Shown here: piece by piece, positions 28,951 to 39,791 of the stretch | How positions within the stretch are numbered: the stretch's first letter is position 1 | Layout of the letters: the number at the start of each line of letters is the position of its first letter | Source: an uncultured Sutterellaceae bacterium | Lineage (GTDB): Bacteria; Pseudomonadota; Gammaproteobacteria; Burkholderiales; Burkholderiaceae_F | DNA length: 64,000 bases | Reading direction: 5' to 3' | NCBI GenBank assembly: GCA_902797695.1 | Contig: CADBTW010000095.1 | Span: 66-64,065 of the forward strand | Program-made: the position numbers and the translations under genes | Notes under the pieces: generated by a model | What the model was told of the DNA's origin: nothing | Database searches by the model: none | The model's input: only the letters and a program-made list of their open reading frames with translations

Positions 28951-31818
28951 TTAGGCCTTGAGACGGGTTTCGCCCGAACCGAAGAGGTTCGCGACGCAGC
29001 GCGGGCAGAGGTCCGGGTACTCGGGGTTCGATCCGACGTCAGCCTCGTAGTGCCAGCAGCGGACGCACTTCTTCGCGCCGGAAGCGGACGCGCGGCAGGT
29101 GGTCGCTTCGCCCTCCTTCCCGCGGACGAGCGTCGCCTTGCTCGTCACCATCACGAACTTCAGCTCGTCGCCGAGGGACGCGAGGGCGTCGTAGGCGTCG
29201 CTTGAAGCGGTCACTTCGACCTCGGCCTGGAGCGAGGAGCCGACAGAGCCCTGCGCGCGAAGGTCCTCGACCGCCTTTTGGACGACGGAGCGCGCTTCGC
29301 GGATGGCGTCCCAGCGCCTGAGGAGCGCCTCAGCGTCCGGCACCTCGGGAAGCTCGTGGAGCGTTTCCGTGAAGATCGTGCCGTCCTTATTCGGGCTGAA
29401 GACCGCGAACGCCTCCTCGGCCGTGAACGTGAGGACCGGCGCCATGAGCCGCAGGAATGTGGCCGTCACGTGCCAGAGTGCGGTCTGCGCGGAGCGGCGC
29501 GCCTCGCTCTCCGCCTTCATCGTGTAGAGGCGGTCCTTCAGGATGTCGAGATAGAAGCTGCCGAGGTCGTTCGAGGCGAAGGAGTGGAGCTCCGACACCA
29601 TCGAGTGGAAGTCGTAGTCGTTCATCTGCTTCACGACGCGGCGCTGGAGCTCGGCCGTGCGGGCGAGCGCCCAGCGGTCGATGTCAAGCATCCGGTCGAC
29701 GGGAACGGCGTCCTTCTCGATCGAGAAGTCGCTCGTGTTCGCGAGCAGGAACCGGAGCGTGTTGCGGATGCGGCGGTACATGTCGACCACGCCCTTCAGG
29801 ATCGTCTTGCCGAGCGCGAGCTCGCCCGTGTAGTCGGTCGAGGCGACCCAGAGCCTCAGGATCTCGGCGCCGAACTTGTCCGAGATTTCCTGCGGACGGA
29901 CGATGTTGCCCTTCGACTTGGACATCTTCTCGCCCTTCTCGTCCACGGTGAAGCCGTGGGTGAGGAGCGCGTCGTAGGGCGGGCGGCCGTCCAGCATCGA
30001 CGCGGTGAGCAGCGAGCTGTGGAACCAGCCGCGGTGCTGGTCGGAGCCTTCGAGGTAGAGGTCCGCGGGGAACCCGAGATCGTCCTTGTGGCTGCCGCGC
30101 ATCACGGTGTAGTGCGTGGTGCCCGAGTCGAACCAGACGTCAAGCGTGTTGTTCGTCTTCTCGTAGAGCTTTGCCTCTTCTGCCGGCATGAAGTCCTCGG
30201 CCTTCGCGGTGGTCCAGACTTCGATCCCGCCCTTCTCCACCTTCTTCGCAACCTCTTCCATGATCTCGAGCGTGCGCGGGTGAAGCTCCCCCGTGTCCTT
30301 CTTCAGGAAGAAGGGCATCGGGACGCCCCACGTCCTCTGGCGCGAGAGGCACCAGTCGGGACGGTTCGCGATCATCGCGTGGAGCCGGTTGTAGCCCCAG
30401 GGCGGATAGAACTTCGTCGCGTCGACGCCGCGGAGCGCGATCTCGCGCAGCGGCTCGGGCTCGGGGGCGCCTTCGGGCTGGAGGACGCCCTTCGTGTCCG
30501 CATTCGCCTTGTCCATGCGGACGAACCACTGGGTCGTCGCGCGGAAGATGAGCGGCGTCTTGTGGCGCCAGCAGTGCATGTAGCTGTGGACGATGGAGCT
30601 CTCGTCGAGGAGGTTCCCCGAGAGCCTGAGCGTGTCGAGGATCTTCGGATTCGCTTTCCAGATGTTCATGCCGCCGAAGAGCGGGAGGCTATCGGCGTAG
30701 GTGCCGTCGCCCTGCACGGGGTTCAGGATCTGGTCGTTCGTCATCCCGTACTTCTTGCAGATGTTGAAGTCGTCGACGCCGTAGGCGGGGGCGCAGTGGA
30801 CGATGCCGGTGCCCGCGGTCGCGTCGACGTAGTCGGCGAGGTACACCGGCGAGAAGCGGTCGTAGCCCTTGTCCATCAGGGCAAGCGGGTGCTTGAACCG
30901 AAGGCCTTCGAGCGCCGCGCCCTTCACCGTCGCGAGCACGGTGCCGGTCTTCTTGTAGCGCTTCAGCGCGGATTCGGCGAGCGACGCGGCGAGGATGAGC
31001 AGGCGGTCGCCGGTGTCAAGAAGCTGGTAGTCGAGCTCGGGGTGGACGTTCAGCGCCTGGTTCGCGGGAATGGTCCACGGGGTCGTGGTCCAGATCACGA
31101 TGGCGGCGGGCTTCCCGATCTTCACGCCGAAGGCCGCCTCGGCCTTTCCGTGGTCCTCGTCCGAGAGCGGGAAGGCGACGTCGAGGGTCGGGCTCTTCAC
31201 GTCCTTGTATTCGACCTCGGCCTCGGCAAGCGCGCTCTGGCAGTCGAAGCACCAGTTGACGGGCTTCAGGCCGCGGTAGACGTATCCCTTTCGCATGATC
31301 TCTGCTAGGGCGCGGATCTCCTTCGCCTCGGTTTCGTGGCGAAGCGTGAGGTAGGGGTGGTTCCAGTCCGCAAGAACGCCGAGCCGCTTGAAGTCCTTCA
31401 TCTGGCGGGCTACCTGCTCGTGGGCATAGGCGCGGCACTTCGCCTGGCGCTCCTCGGCCGGGATCTTCTTGCCGTACATCTTCTCGATCTGGATCTCGAT
31501 CGGCATGCCGTGGCAGTCCCAGCCCGGCACGTACGGGACGTCGTAGCCCTGGAGGAGCTTCGTCTTGTTGATGATGTCCTTCAGGATCTTGTTCACGGCG
31601 TGGCCAAGGTGAATGTCGCCGTTCGCATACGGGGGGCCGTCATGGAGGATGAACTTCTTCGCGCCCTGGCGGGCGCGGCGCACGACGTGGTAGAGGTCCT
31701 TGCGGTCCCACTCGTCAAGCCAGGCAGGCTCGCGCGCGGCAAGGTTCCCCCTCATCGGGAACGGCGTGTCAGGAAGGGTAAGCGGATACTTCTTGGTTTG
31801 GTCGTTGTTCTTGGCCAT
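28951..31818 (-). CDS. ileS: isoleucine--tRNA ligase
   Basis: Class I HIGH ([11 protein letters not shown]) and KMSKS motifs, CP1 editing region and C-terminal CxxC zinc knuckles; 955 aa. Confidence 0.98.
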   Translation of the reverse strand: MAKNNDQTKKYPLTLPDTPFPMRGNLAAREPAWLDEWDRKDLYHVVRRARQGAKKFILHDGPPYANGDIHLGHAVNKILKDIINKTKLLQGYDVPYVPGWDCHGMPIEIQIEKMYGKKIPAEERQAKCRAYAHEQVARQMKDFKRLGVLADWNHPYLTLRHETEAKEIRALAEIMRKGYVYRGLKPVNWCFDCQSALAEAEVEYKDVKSPTLDVAFPLSDEDHGKAEAAFGVKIGKPAAIVIWTTTPWTIPANQALNVHPELDYQLLDTGDRLLILAASLAESALKRYKKTGTVLATVKGAALEGLRFKHPLALMDKGYDRFSPVYLADYVDATAGTGIVHCAPAYGVDDFNICKKYGMTNDQILNPVQGDGTYADSLPLFGGMNIWKANPKILDTLRLSGNLLDESSIVHSYMHCWRHKTPLIFRATTQWFVRMDKANADTKGVLQPEGAPEPEPLREIALRGVDATKFYPPWGYNRLHAMIANRPDWCLSRQRTWGVPMPFFLKKDTGELHPRTLEIMEEVAKKVEKGGIEVWTTAKAEDFMPAEEAKLYEKTNNTLDVWFDSGTTHYTVMRGSHKDDLGFPADLYLEGSDQHRGWFHSSLLTASMLDGRPPYDALLTHGFTVDEKGEKMSKSKGNIVRPQEISDKFGAEILRLWVASTDYTGELALGKTILKGVVDMYRRIRNTLRFLLANTSDFSIEKDAVPVDRMLDIDRWALARTAELQRRVVKQMNDYDFHSMVSELHSFASNDLGSFYLDILKDRLYTMKAESEARRSAQTALWHVTATFLRLMAPVLTFTAEEAFAVFSPNKDGTIFTETLHELPEVPDAEALLRRWDAIREARSVVQKAVEDLRAQGSVGSSLQAEVEVTASSDAYDALASLGDELKFVMVTSKATLVRGKEGEATTCRASASGAKKCVRCWHYEADVGSNPEYPDLCPRCVANLFGSGETRLKA

Positions 31819-31906
31819 GTCTTGTTTAATCTCCCGGCCCCCTCGGGCTCTTCGGTTGGATTAAGTGGATGAAACAATTTTGTTTTTCGTGATAAGGCAC
31901 GCGGAT

Positions 31907-32869
31907 TCACGGCTTCCCTGAAGGTGATTCCGGAAGGCCGAACAGGCGTCTCGCTGCCGCGGCGTCAGCCCGGATCGCACGCATCAGTTCGGGAAGTCCG
32001 CTGAACTTGCGGTTCCCCCGGAGCTTTTTCACGAAGCGAACCCTGATCATCCGCCCGTATGCGTTTCCTGTCCAGTCAAGAAGGTTCGTTTCGCACGTGT
32101 ACCGGAGGCCGCCCGCGATGGTGGGACGGTTCCCGATGCTCGCGACCCCCGGGATCTCCTTCCCCGGGACGAGCCCCGAGACCATGACGGCGAACACGCC
32201 TTCGAGCGCGGGCTTCGCGCCCGATCCGGGCGGAAGCGGCCTGAGGTTGAGAGTCGGGAATCCGATCGTGCGGCCGATCTCGGCCCCGTGGAGCACGCGG
32301 CCGCTCATGCAGTAGGGCCGCCCGAGGAGCCGTTCGGCTTCCTCCAGGTCGCCCCGCGAGAGCACTTCTCGCAGCCTCGTGGAGGAGACGCACGCGTCGT
32401 TCTCTTCGACAAGCTTCTCCGCGCAGATCCGGATCCCGTGCTTCGCGCCAAGCCGCACGAGCTCGGCCGAGTCCGCGGGGCCCGCGCCGAACGTGAAGTT
32501 CGTGCCGACCGCGACGAACGAGGCGCGGAGCCTCCCCTTCAGGATGTCCCGGACGAAGGACTCCGCCGGCATCCCGGCGAGATCCCGGTTGAAGGGCGCG
32601 ATGAAGAGCGCCTCGATGCCGCAGCTGGCGATGGCGGAAGCCTTGTCGCGGAGCGTGAGGATGCGGGCGGGCGCCGCCTCCGGCCTGAAGAACTCCTTCG
32701 GATGCGGTTCGAAGGTGAGCACGCAGGGCGTTTCCCCGGCTTCCCGCGCCCTTTCCGCGACGCTCCGCAGGAGCGCCTGGTGGCCGAGGTGGATGCCGTC
32801 GAAGTTTCCGATCGCAATCGCAGTGCGGACGGAGGATGGCAGTTGGGGAATGCCGCGGATGACCTTCAT
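31907..32869 (-). CDS. ribF: bifunctional riboflavin kinase/FAD synthetase
   Basis: [13 protein letters not shown] in the FMN adenylyltransferase part and GFPTLNL in the kinase part. Confidence 0.95.
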   Translation of the reverse strand: MKVIRGIPQLPSSVRTAIAIGNFDGIHLGHQALLRSVAERAREAGETPCVLTFEPHPKEFFRPEAAPARILTLRDKASAIASCGIEALFIAPFNRDLAGMPAESFVRDILKGRLRASFVAVGTNFTFGAGPADSAELVRLGAKHGIRICAEKLVEENDACVSSTRLREVLSRGDLEEAERLLGRPYCMSGRVLHGAEIGRTIGFPTLNLRPLPPGSGAKPALEGVFAVMVSGLVPGKEIPGVASIGNRPTIAGGLRYTCETNLLDWTGNAYGRMIRVRFVKKLRGNRKFSGLPELMRAIRADAAAARRLFGLPESPSGKP

Positions 32870-32968
32870 GTCGAGGAAAGGAGCGTTCTTTCAAGCCGGA
32901 CGAAAAAGAGCTCCATTATAGAAAGAGCGGGGGAACGGTGCTCCCCTCTCTCGGCTAGAATGGGCGCC

Positions 32969-34027
32969 ATGCTGATACTTGGTATTGAATCCTCCTGCGA
33001 CGAGACGGGAGCCGCGCTCATCGATTCCGATAAGGGGCTTCTCGCCCACCGGATCCACACGCAGATTGACATGCACCGCGCCTACGGGGGCGTGGTCCCG
33101 GAGCTCGCGAGCCGCGACCACATCCGGCGCGTCCTCGCCCTCACGGACGAAGTGCTTGAGGAAGCGGGGAAGACCCGCTCCGACCTTGGCGCGATCGCGG
33201 TGACCGAAGGGCCGGGGCTCGCCGGCGCGCTTCTTGTCGGAGTGTCCGTCGCGCACGCGATCGGCTATGCGCTCGGGATCCCCGTGATCGGCGTGCACCA
33301 CCTCGAGGGGCACCTGCTCGCCTCGCTGCTCGCCGACCCCGCGCCGAAGTTCCCCTTTGTCGCGCTCCTCGTTTCCGGAGGCCACACCCAGTTCATGAAG
33401 GTGAAGCGCTTCGGGAGCTACGAGCTCCTCGGCGAGACGCTTGACGACGCGGCGGGCGAAGCCTTCGACAAGACGGCGCAGCTTCTCGGCATGTGCTACC
33501 CGGGCGGCCCCGGCGTTTCCGCGCTCGCGGAGAAGGGAACCCCTGGCGCGATCGAGCTTCCCCGTCCGATGATGCATTCCCCGGACCTCAACATGAGCTT
33601 CTCGGGGCTCAAGACCGCCGTGCTCAACGCCGTGATGAAGGCCGAGAACCCTGAGGATCCCGTTTTCCGGGCGAACCTCGCGCGGGCCTTCGTCGATGCG
33701 GTGACAGATGTCCTCGCCGCGAAGGCCGTGCGGGCCCTGAAGAAGACCCGCATGCATTCCCTCGTCGTCGCGGGCGGCGTGAGCGCGAACAAGCAGCTCC
33801 GGGCCCGGCTCACGCTTGAAGTGGAGAAGCGGCACGGGAAGATCTTCTTCCCCCCGATTTCGCTCTGCACCGACAACGGCGCCATGATCGCGATCGCGGG
33901 CCTGAAGCGGCTGCAGTCGATGACGCCTGAGCAGCTCGAGAGTTGCCGCCACCGCTGGTCCTTCACGGCGAAGCCCCGCTGGACCCTCGAGCAGGCGGCG
34001 AACCCCGACGGGCTTCCCCGGGCCTGA
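32969..34027 (+). CDS. tsaD: tRNA N6-adenosine threonylcarbamoyltransferase TsaD
   Basis: [28 protein letters not shown]. The ORF-track extension from 32288 is antisense to ribF and is rejected. ATG 32960 is an alternative start. Confidence 0.95.
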   Translation: MLILGIESSCDETGAALIDSDKGLLAHRIHTQIDMHRAYGGVVPELASRDHIRRVLALTDEVLEEAGKTRSDLGAIAVTEGPGLAGALLVGVSVAHAIGYALGIPVIGVHHLEGHLLASLLADPAPKFPFVALLVSGGHTQFMKVKRFGSYELLGETLDDAAGEAFDKTAQLLGMCYPGGPGVSALAEKGTPGAIELPRPMMHSPDLNMSFSGLKTAVLNAVMKAENPEDPVFRANLARAFVDAVTDVLAAKAVRALKKTRMHSLVVAGGVSANKQLRARLTLEVEKRHGKIFFPPISLCTDNGAMIAIAGLKRLQSMTPEQLESCRHRWSFTAKPRWTLEQAANPDGLPRA

Positions 34028-34062
34028 AGGTTCCGCCCGGTCCTCATCGGAAAAATGAACTA

Positions 34063-34102
34063 ACCCGTGCGGCCGGTCTTCCGGCGCACGGGTTTTCTTT
34101 TT
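34063..34102 (+). terminator. intrinsic terminator after tsaD
   Basis: Long stem ACCCGTGCGGCCGG/CCGGCGCACGGGT followed by TTTCTTTTT. Confidence 0.65.
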
Positions 34103-34602
34103 CAGTACCACCAGCGGGCCGGGGGCGAGGATTCGAGCGCCCGGAGCTTCCGGAACGCTTCTCCGAGGAGCGGGTCCCCGGGCGTGAAGAGGATCCGGTG
34201 CAGCGGGATGAGGGGGAAGAGCGGAACCCGAAGGGCAATGTTCCCGGCTTCCGCTTCGTCCTGAGAAACCCCGGGAAGGCTGCGAAGGGGAACCCCGCTT
34301 CCGCAGGAGATCGAGCACGCGGCGCGGCAAAGGGCCTCGGAATCCTCTGGGAGTCCAAACCGGCCGAGGAGGGGAAGCCAGGCCCGCGGATCGAGCTCGT
34401 ACGGGTCGTCAAGGTAGGCGCGGAGCGCGGCGAGCGCCCGGGACGCTTCGGACTCCGGGGGCGGAAGGACACCGGGGGATCTGGTTTCCTCCGCCCTTTC
34501 CACGCGCATCCCCTTCAGCTCTCCCGAACGAGCGAACCGGACGACGAACCGGAGCCCGTCCCACGAGGCTGCCGCCTCGGGTTCGGGGTCCCTCTCAGCC
34601 AT
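34102..34602 (-). CDS. hypothetical protein, alkyltransferase (MGMT/ATL)-like by eye
   Basis: 166-aa ORF overlapping the ispH stop by 8 nt. The C-terminal stretch [39 protein letters not shown] resembles the NP..iPCHRV..G...K..LL.E motif, with Leu in place of Cys. Confidence 0.5.
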   Translation of the reverse strand: MAERDPEPEAAASWDGLRFVVRFARSGELKGMRVERAEETRSPGVLPPPESEASRALAALRAYLDDPYELDPRAWLPLLGRFGLPEDSEALCRAACSISCGSGVPLRSLPGVSQDEAEAGNIALRVPLFPLIPLHRILFTPGDPLLGEAFRKLRALESSPPARWWY

Positions 34603-35551
34603 TCCCTTCTTCCGCCGCCTCGACGTCCTTCTTCCAGAGCCCCTTCGGGAGAGGAAATGCCATGCGTTCCTCGACGCCTTCGAGCGGAATGACTTCGGAG
34701 GGCTCCCTCTTCTTTAGCCAGCCGACCAGTTCCTCGACAAGGGGCTCGGGAGCGGACGCACCAGCGGTGATGCCGACCCGCTCCTTCCCGTCGAGCCAGG
34801 CCGGGTCGACGTCCTCCGCCCGGTCCACGAGATAAGCCGGAACGTGGTAGCGCTCCGCCACTTCGCGAAGCCGGTTCGAGTTCGAGCTCGTCGCGGAGCC
34901 GATCACGAAGACCATGTCCACCATCTGGGCGAGCTTCTTCACGGCGTCCTGCCGGTTCTGCGTCGCGTAGCAGATGTCCGCCTTCTTCGGTTCCGCGATG
35001 AGCGGGAAGCGCTTCCGGAGGGCGTCCGCCACCTTCTGCGAGTCGTCGAAGGAGAGCGTGGTCTGAGTGACGTAGGCGACCTTCGACGCGTCGGGCACGG
35101 AGAGCGAGCCGACGTCCGACTCCCGCTCAACGAGCCGCATCCCGTCCGCGACCTGCCCCATGGTGCCCTCGACCTCCGGGTGCCCGCGGTGCCCGATCAT
35201 CACTACCGTGTAGCCGTCATCCCGCATCCGCGCAACCTCGCGGTGCACTTTAGTGACGAGGGGGCACGTCGCGTCGAAGATCCTGAAGCCCCGGCTGCGG
35301 GCCTCTTCCTCGACCGCCTTCGGGACGCCGTGCGCCGAGAAGACGAGCGTTGCCCCGTCGGGCACCTCCGAAAGGCTGTCGATGAAGACCGCCCCCCTCT
35401 TTTTCAGGCTCTCCACGACGGTGTGGTTGTGCACGATCTCGTGCCGCACGTAAATCGGCCGGCCGTAGATCCGGAGCGCCCGGTCGACGATCGCGATCGC
35501 GCGGTCCACTCCCGCGCAGAAGCCGCGCGGCTGGGCAAGGTAGATTTTCAC
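34595..35551 (-). CDS. ispH: 4-hydroxy-3-methylbut-2-enyl diphosphate reductase
   Basis: LytB motifs [23 protein letters not shown] and SSNSNRL. Confidence 0.97.
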   Translation of the reverse strand: MKIYLAQPRGFCAGVDRAIAIVDRALRIYGRPIYVRHEIVHNHTVVESLKKRGAVFIDSLSEVPDGATLVFSAHGVPKAVEEEARSRGFRIFDATCPLVTKVHREVARMRDDGYTVVMIGHRGHPEVEGTMGQVADGMRLVERESDVGSLSVPDASKVAYVTQTTLSFDDSQKVADALRKRFPLIAEPKKADICYATQNRQDAVKKLAQMVDMVFVIGSATSSNSNRLREVAERYHVPAYLVDRAEDVDPAWLDGKERVGITAGASAPEPLVEELVGWLKKREPSEVIPLEGVEERMAFPLPKGLWKKDVEAAEEGNG

Positions 35552-35619
35552 GGTCTGGAAGCTCCCTGGAATCTGTCTGCATGCAGGTTTTCCCGGTCAT
35601 TCTAGCGGGTGGCGTGTTC

Positions 35620-35653
35620 TTGCTGATGCATAAATTTCCCGCTCGGGTATAAT
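35620..35653 (+). promoter_or_regulatory. candidate promoter upstream of rpmB-rpmG
   Basis: Perfect -10 TATAAT at 35648-35653 within GGGTATAATGC. The -35 is poor: TTGCTG lies 22 bp upstream. A second TATAAT sits at 35740-35745. Confidence 0.35.
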
Positions 35654-35831
35654 GCCCCGCTGCGTTTGGAATTTCGGAATCCGGGCCTTCCTGTGTCCGG
35701 GGTTTTTCTCGCTGAGTGGCGGAAAAAGAAATTTGGACGTATAATTAATGTTTTCCTAACGCCCGTACGTGTGAGATGCCCTTTTTACGTCAGCACCCGG
35801 CGTTTTCTGATAATTTTTACTGGAGATAGCG

Positions 35832-36068
35832 ATGGCACGAGTGTGTCAAGTCACCGGCAAGGCGCCGATGGTCGGCCATACCGTCTCGCACGCGAATAAC
35901 AAGACCAACCGCCGTTTTATGCCTAACCTGCAGTATCGCCGCTTTTGGGTTGAGAGCGAAAACCGTTGGGTTCGGCTGCGTTTGACGACGGCGGGACTGC
36001 GTACGGTGGACAAGGTTGGTATTGATGCGGTTCTGGCGGATCTTCGCGCCCGCGGTGAGAAGATTTAA
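35832..36068 (+). CDS. rpmB: 50S ribosomal protein L28
   Basis: 78 aa, [29 protein letters not shown]. Confidence 0.97.
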   Translation: MARVCQVTGKAPMVGHTVSHANNKTNRRFMPNLQYRRFWVESENRWVRLRLTTAGLRTVDKVGIDAVLADLRARGEKI

Positions 36069-36082
36069 CAAGGAGTATCACC

Positions 36083-36250
36083 ATGGCAAAGGGAGCACGC
36101 GAAAAGATCAAGCTCGAGTCGACCGCCGGCACGGGCCACTTCTACACGACCACGAAGAACAAGCGCACCACGACTGGGAAGCTGCAGTTCAGCAAGTATG
36201 ACCCGGTGGCCCGCAAGCACGTGATCTACAAGGAAACGAAGCTCAAGTAA
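36083..36250 (+). CDS. rpmG: 50S ribosomal protein L33
   Basis: 55-aa ORF below the ORF-track length cutoff: [61 protein letters not shown] lies upstream. Confidence 0.95.
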   Translation: MAKGAREKIKLESTAGTGHFYTTTKNKRTTTGKLQFSKYDPVARKHVIYKETKLK

Positions 36251-36276
36251 CAGGGGCATCCTCCTTGAAGGAAAAA

Positions 36277-36308
36277 AGGCTGAACCAGAAATGGTCCAGC
36301 CTTTTTTT
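36277..36308. terminator. bidirectional terminator (rpmG / rsmB-like gene)
   Basis: Stem GGCTGAACC/GGTCCAGCC flanked by an A-run on the left and a run of 7 T on the right. Confidence 0.75.
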
Positions 36309-36364
36309 CGTCCGCCGGAGGCGGCGACCGGGAGGTTTTCCGGACCGCTCCGCCTTCGATTCGA

Positions 36365-37849
36365 TCAGCCTTCAGGCTCCGCCTTTTCCGGCGCTTCCTT
36401 CTTCCCGCTTCTGGACGGGGTCCCGCTCCTCTCGAGCACGGCCCCGAAGAACCCGTCGGTCCCGGTCACCTGGGGGAGCATGACGAACCAGGGCGAGAAG
36501 CGCTTCTTCGCCTCCTCCGGAATGCGCGCGCCCTGGGCTTCCAGCACTTCGTACGCGCTGAGGAGCCTGAACTCGGGATGCTCGGCGAGGAACGACTCGA
36601 TGATCGCCTGGTTCTCCTGGCGAAGCACCGAGCACGTGGCGTAGACAAGCCTCCCGCCGTTCTTCACGAGCCTCGAGGCCGACCGGATGATGGAGGCCTG
36701 GAGGGTGTTGATCCGCTCGAGCTCCCGCTCCGTGATCCTCCATCTGAGGTCGGGGTTGCGGCGCAGGGTGCCGGTGCCTGAGCACGGCGCGTCGACCAGC
36801 ACGCGGTCGAACTTGCCCGCGAGCCTTCCGATCCTCTTGTCGTGCTCGTCGCGGATCGCGATCGGGTGCACGTTCGCGAGCCCCGAACGCCGCAGCCTCG
36901 GAACCATGCCCTGGAGGCGCTTCGCGTTGACGTCGAACGCGTATAGGCTTCCCGTCGAGCGCATGAGGGCCCCGAGCGCGAGGGTCTTGCCGCCCGCGCC
37001 CGCGCAGAAGTCGCAGACCATCTCGCGTCGCTTCGGGGCGAGGAGGCGCGCGATCAGCTGGCTGCCCTCGTCCTGCACGTCGATCACGCCGTCGCGGTAA
37101 AGGGGCCAGCGGGTGATGCCGGGCTTCCCCGCGAAGCGGATGCCGTCCGGGGACCAGGGGGTCGGGGCCGCCTTCTCGCCTTCCCGCTCGATTTCCCCGA
37201 GCACGTCCGCCCGGTTTCCCTTCATGAGGTTCACGCGGACGTCGAGGGGGGCGCCCTTCGCGATCTCCTCGAAGAACCGGTCGTGGTCGGGGTACTGGTC
37301 GCGGAGGAGCTCGTAGAGCCACTCGGGAAGCTCCGCCCGTGCCGCCGGGTCGGCGTTCGCGGCGGGCTTCGCGAGGATCGCGTCAAGCGCCTCGGCGTCA
37401 GGGCCGACGTCGGACGCCGCGAGGGCGTTCCTGCCGTAGATCTGCGCGAGCGAGACGAGCGCCGCGAGCCTCGGGGAGCGCTCGGGGGCGGCGGGAGCCA
37501 TCCTCCAGCGGAGCGTTCCGAGGTGCCGGAGCGTGGAGTAGACAGCCTCGGCGACGAACCCCCTGTCCCGGGACCCGAGCTCGTGGTTCCTCTTGAAGTA
37601 AACCGAGAGCAGGACATCAGCCGGCCCGTCAAGCCTCAGGACGATCTGCAGCGCCTCGGCCAGCCGCGTGACGAGGTAGGAAGGGATGGTTCCCGGCGTA
37701 CGGTCTGTGCGCCGCCCTGGCGCCCCAGTCCTCGCGCCGCGCGGATTACCGCGCCCTTCCCTCGGATTCCTCGCCGAGCTCCTGCCGCTCGTGCGGCGGC
37801 CTGCGCCCGGCCTTTCCCCGGCCGGGCCTGACCTTTTCTGATAAGGCAT
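36365..37849 (-). CDS. rsmB: RsmB/NOP2 (Sun) family rRNA m5C methyltransferase
   Basis: NusB-like N-domain, SAM motif CAGAGGKT and catalytic DAPCSGTGTLRRNPD. Arg/Gly-rich N-terminal extension of about 55 aa. Confidence 0.88.
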   Translation of the reverse strand: MPYQKRSGPAGERPGAGRRTSGRSSARNPREGRGNPRGARTGAPGRRTDRTPGTIPSYLVTRLAEALQIVLRLDGPADVLLSVYFKRNHELGSRDRGFVAEAVYSTLRHLGTLRWRMAPAAPERSPRLAALVSLAQIYGRNALAASDVGPDAEALDAILAKPAANADPAARAELPEWLYELLRDQYPDHDRFFEEIAKGAPLDVRVNLMKGNRADVLGEIEREGEKAAPTPWSPDGIRFAGKPGITRWPLYRDGVIDVQDEGSQLIARLLAPKRREMVCDFCAGAGGKTLALGALMRSTGSLYAFDVNAKRLQGMVPRLRRSGLANVHPIAIRDEHDKRIGRLAGKFDRVLVDAPCSGTGTLRRNPDLRWRITERELERINTLQASIIRSASRLVKNGGRLVYATCSVLRQENQAIIESFLAEHPEFRLLSAYEVLEAQGARIPEEAKKRFSPWFVMLPQVTGTDGFFGAVLERSGTPSRSGKKEAPEKAEPEG

Positions 37850-37887
37850 TCCTGTTTTCCCCTGGAAAATCCCGGACGAAGCCGGAA

Positions 37888-38544
37888 TCAGGCAGCGTCG
37901 GAGAAGACGGCGAGGGACCTCGCGGTCTCGTCATCCATCATGGCGCGCCCGTCCTTCAGCGTGACCCGTCCTTCGAGCACCGCGCGGCAGACCTTCGGGT
38001 AGAGCACATGCTCAAGCTTCAGGCCCCGGGCCGCGAGCGAGTCCGCGGTGTCGGACGGGAGGACCGGCACGACGGCCTGGCCGATGATCGCCCCGCCGTC
38101 GAGCGCGGCGGACACGAAGTGCACCGTGGAGCCGTGCACGCGGACCCCGGCGTCGATCGCCCTCTGGTGCGTGTCGAGTCCCTTGAAGAGCGGGAGGAGG
38201 GCGGGGTGGATGTTGAGGATGCGGCCTTCGCGCGGGGAGACGAACTTCTCGGTGAGGATCCGCATGAACCCGGCGAGCACGATGAGGTCTGGCTTGTACC
38301 GGTCCACGGTCCGCGCGAGCTCTTCCTCGAACGCTTCGCGCGTCGGGTAGAGCTTGTGGTCGACCGCTACTGTCTCGATTCCCTCGCGGCGCGCGGTTTC
38401 AAGGCCTCGTGCGAGGGGTCGGTTCGAAATGACGGCGGCGATCCTCGCGGGGATCGCCGTTTCCCAGTGTTCGCGGCGGCTTGCCTCGAGGATCGCCTCG
38501 AAGTTGGAGCCGCGGCCGGAGATGAGGATGACGATGTTTTTCAT
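37888..38544 (-). CDS. purN: phosphoribosylglycinamide formyltransferase
   Basis: ILISGRGSNF, NIHPALLP and the formyltransferase core; 218 aa. Confidence 0.95.
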   Translation of the reverse strand: MKNIVILISGRGSNFEAILEASRREHWETAIPARIAAVISNRPLARGLETARREGIETVAVDHKLYPTREAFEEELARTVDRYKPDLIVLAGFMRILTEKFVSPREGRILNIHPALLPLFKGLDTHQRAIDAGVRVHGSTVHFVSAALDGGAIIGQAVVPVLPSDTADSLAARGLKLEHVLYPKVCRAVLEGRVTLKDGRAMMDDETARSLAVFSDAA

Positions 38545-38773
38545 GATCCCGCTATTTTAGCGGAGAGGGCCGCCGGGCTGGCCCGGGGGAAGGTGAGCCC
38601 GCTGCCGGAAAACGGCGCGGGGGGAAGGCGTCGCCAAGGGCGTCTGTACAAACAGGTTTTCTTATGAGATAATATCCAGCTCGCCGTCCTGAAGAAGGAA
38701 ACTTCTCCGCGGCGTTTTGAAAAACGGGAAAACACACTTCCCTTCCATAATTCAAGCAAAGGTTTTTTACTCA

Positions 38774-38986
38774 ATGCCTACTATTCGCGTTAAAGAAAAC
38801 GAACCGTTCGAAGTCGCACTGCGCCGCTTCAAGCGCACCATCGAGAAGTCCGGCCTCCTCACCGAGCTCCGCGCCCGTGAGTTCTACGAGAAGCCGACCG
38901 CTGAGCGCAAGCGCAAGAAGGCTGCCGCCATCAAGCGCCACTACAAGCGCCTCCGCAGCATGATGCTGCCGAAGAAGCTCTACTAA
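38774..38986 (+). CDS. rpsU: 30S ribosomal protein S21
   Basis: [29 protein letters not shown]. Start trimmed to ATG 38774. Confidence 0.97.
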   Translation: MPTIRVKENEPFEVALRRFKRTIEKSGLLTELRAREFYEKPTAERKRKKAAAIKRHYKRLRSMMLPKKLY

Positions 38987-39056
38987 TTTCCTATGTGGAT
39001 GAAGGCGCCGCGGTAAACAGGCCGTGCGCCGGCTGTTGTTTCAGGCAGGGTTGACA

Positions 39057-39506
39057 ATGACTCTCAGGGAAAAGATTCAGTCCGACATGAAGGACGCTCT
39101 CCGCGCCCACGACGCGGCGAAGCTGAGCGCGATCCGCATGCTCTGGTCGGCGGTGAAGCAGAAGGAAGTCGACGAGCGCATCACGGCTGACGACAAGGTG
39201 ATCGTCGCGATCATTGCGAAGGCAGTGAAGGAGCGCGAGGATTCCGTCGAGCAGTACCGCAAGGGCGGACGCGAGGATCTTGCCTCGAAGGAGCTTCATG
39301 AGAAGGAAATCTTCGAAGCCTACCTTCCGAAGCAGCTTTCCGAGGAGGAAGTGGCCAAGGTGATCGACGAGGCAATCGCCGCGACCGGAGCCGCCGGAAT
39401 GGCGGGGATGGGCAAGGTGATGGGCTACGTGAAGCCGAAGCTGATGGGCCGCGCCGACATGGGCAGGGTTTCCGCCGCTGTCCGCGCGAAGCTCCTCCAG
39501 AAGTAA
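39057..39506 (+). CDS. GatB/YqeY domain-containing protein
   Basis: MTLREKIQSDMKDALRAHDAAKLSAIRMLWSAVKQKEVD, in the conserved position between rpsU and dnaG. Confidence 0.9.
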   Translation: MTLREKIQSDMKDALRAHDAAKLSAIRMLWSAVKQKEVDERITADDKVIVAIIAKAVKEREDSVEQYRKGGREDLASKELHEKEIFEAYLPKQLSEEEVAKVIDEAIAATGAAGMAGMGKVMGYVKPKLMGRADMGRVSAAVRAKLLQK

Positions 39507-39791
39507 GAGCCGCCTGCGGCGAAGCAAGGTCCGGGCCCCCAGGAAAGAGGCGCCCGATCATCTGTCCAACGCATTGAGTTGTCCCCGGGTAAAGGAGGTG
39601 TTTCCACCCGGGAGGCCAAAAGGAAGACGTCCGGTTCCAGCAAGCCGGACGTTTTTTTTAGAATTTTTAGAATTGGAAGCCCGCCGCCCGGATGCTGCCA
39701 CCGGCCGGCGCCGCTGCCCCTTTTTTCCCTTTTCCCCTTTCCGGGTCCCGCTCTCCAGGGGGCCTGGACGGCGCGTGAGGCGTAGCTGCAA

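Noticed and set aside
29278-31308. 676-aa ORF antisense to ileS. Similar cases: 23591..25150 versus clpA, 39804..41324 versus dnaG, 41775..43286 and 43323..44231 versus rpoD, 44600..45679 versus the second sigma gene, 46807..48384 versus rhlE, 57160..58608 versus the flavoprotein gene, 61005..62645 versus fadL.
   Set aside because: All are antisense to genes with clear motif-level identification and show the same low-information composition. One of them would also run through the tRNA gene.
32288-32968. N-terminal 227-aa extension of the tsaD ORF
   Set aside because: It lies antisense to ribF and has junk composition. TsaD homologues start at [14 protein letters not shown]. Similar over-extensions were trimmed for rimP (4115), adk, lpxK, xseA, the csp gene (22315), rpsU, rpoD, rlmD and the flavoprotein gene.
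36372-37322. 316-aa same-strand alternative-frame ORF inside the rsmB-like gene (also 32076..32894 inside ribF)
   Set aside because: It is an Arg/Pro/Gly-rich frame-shifted reading of a gene whose main frame carries the methyltransferase motifs.
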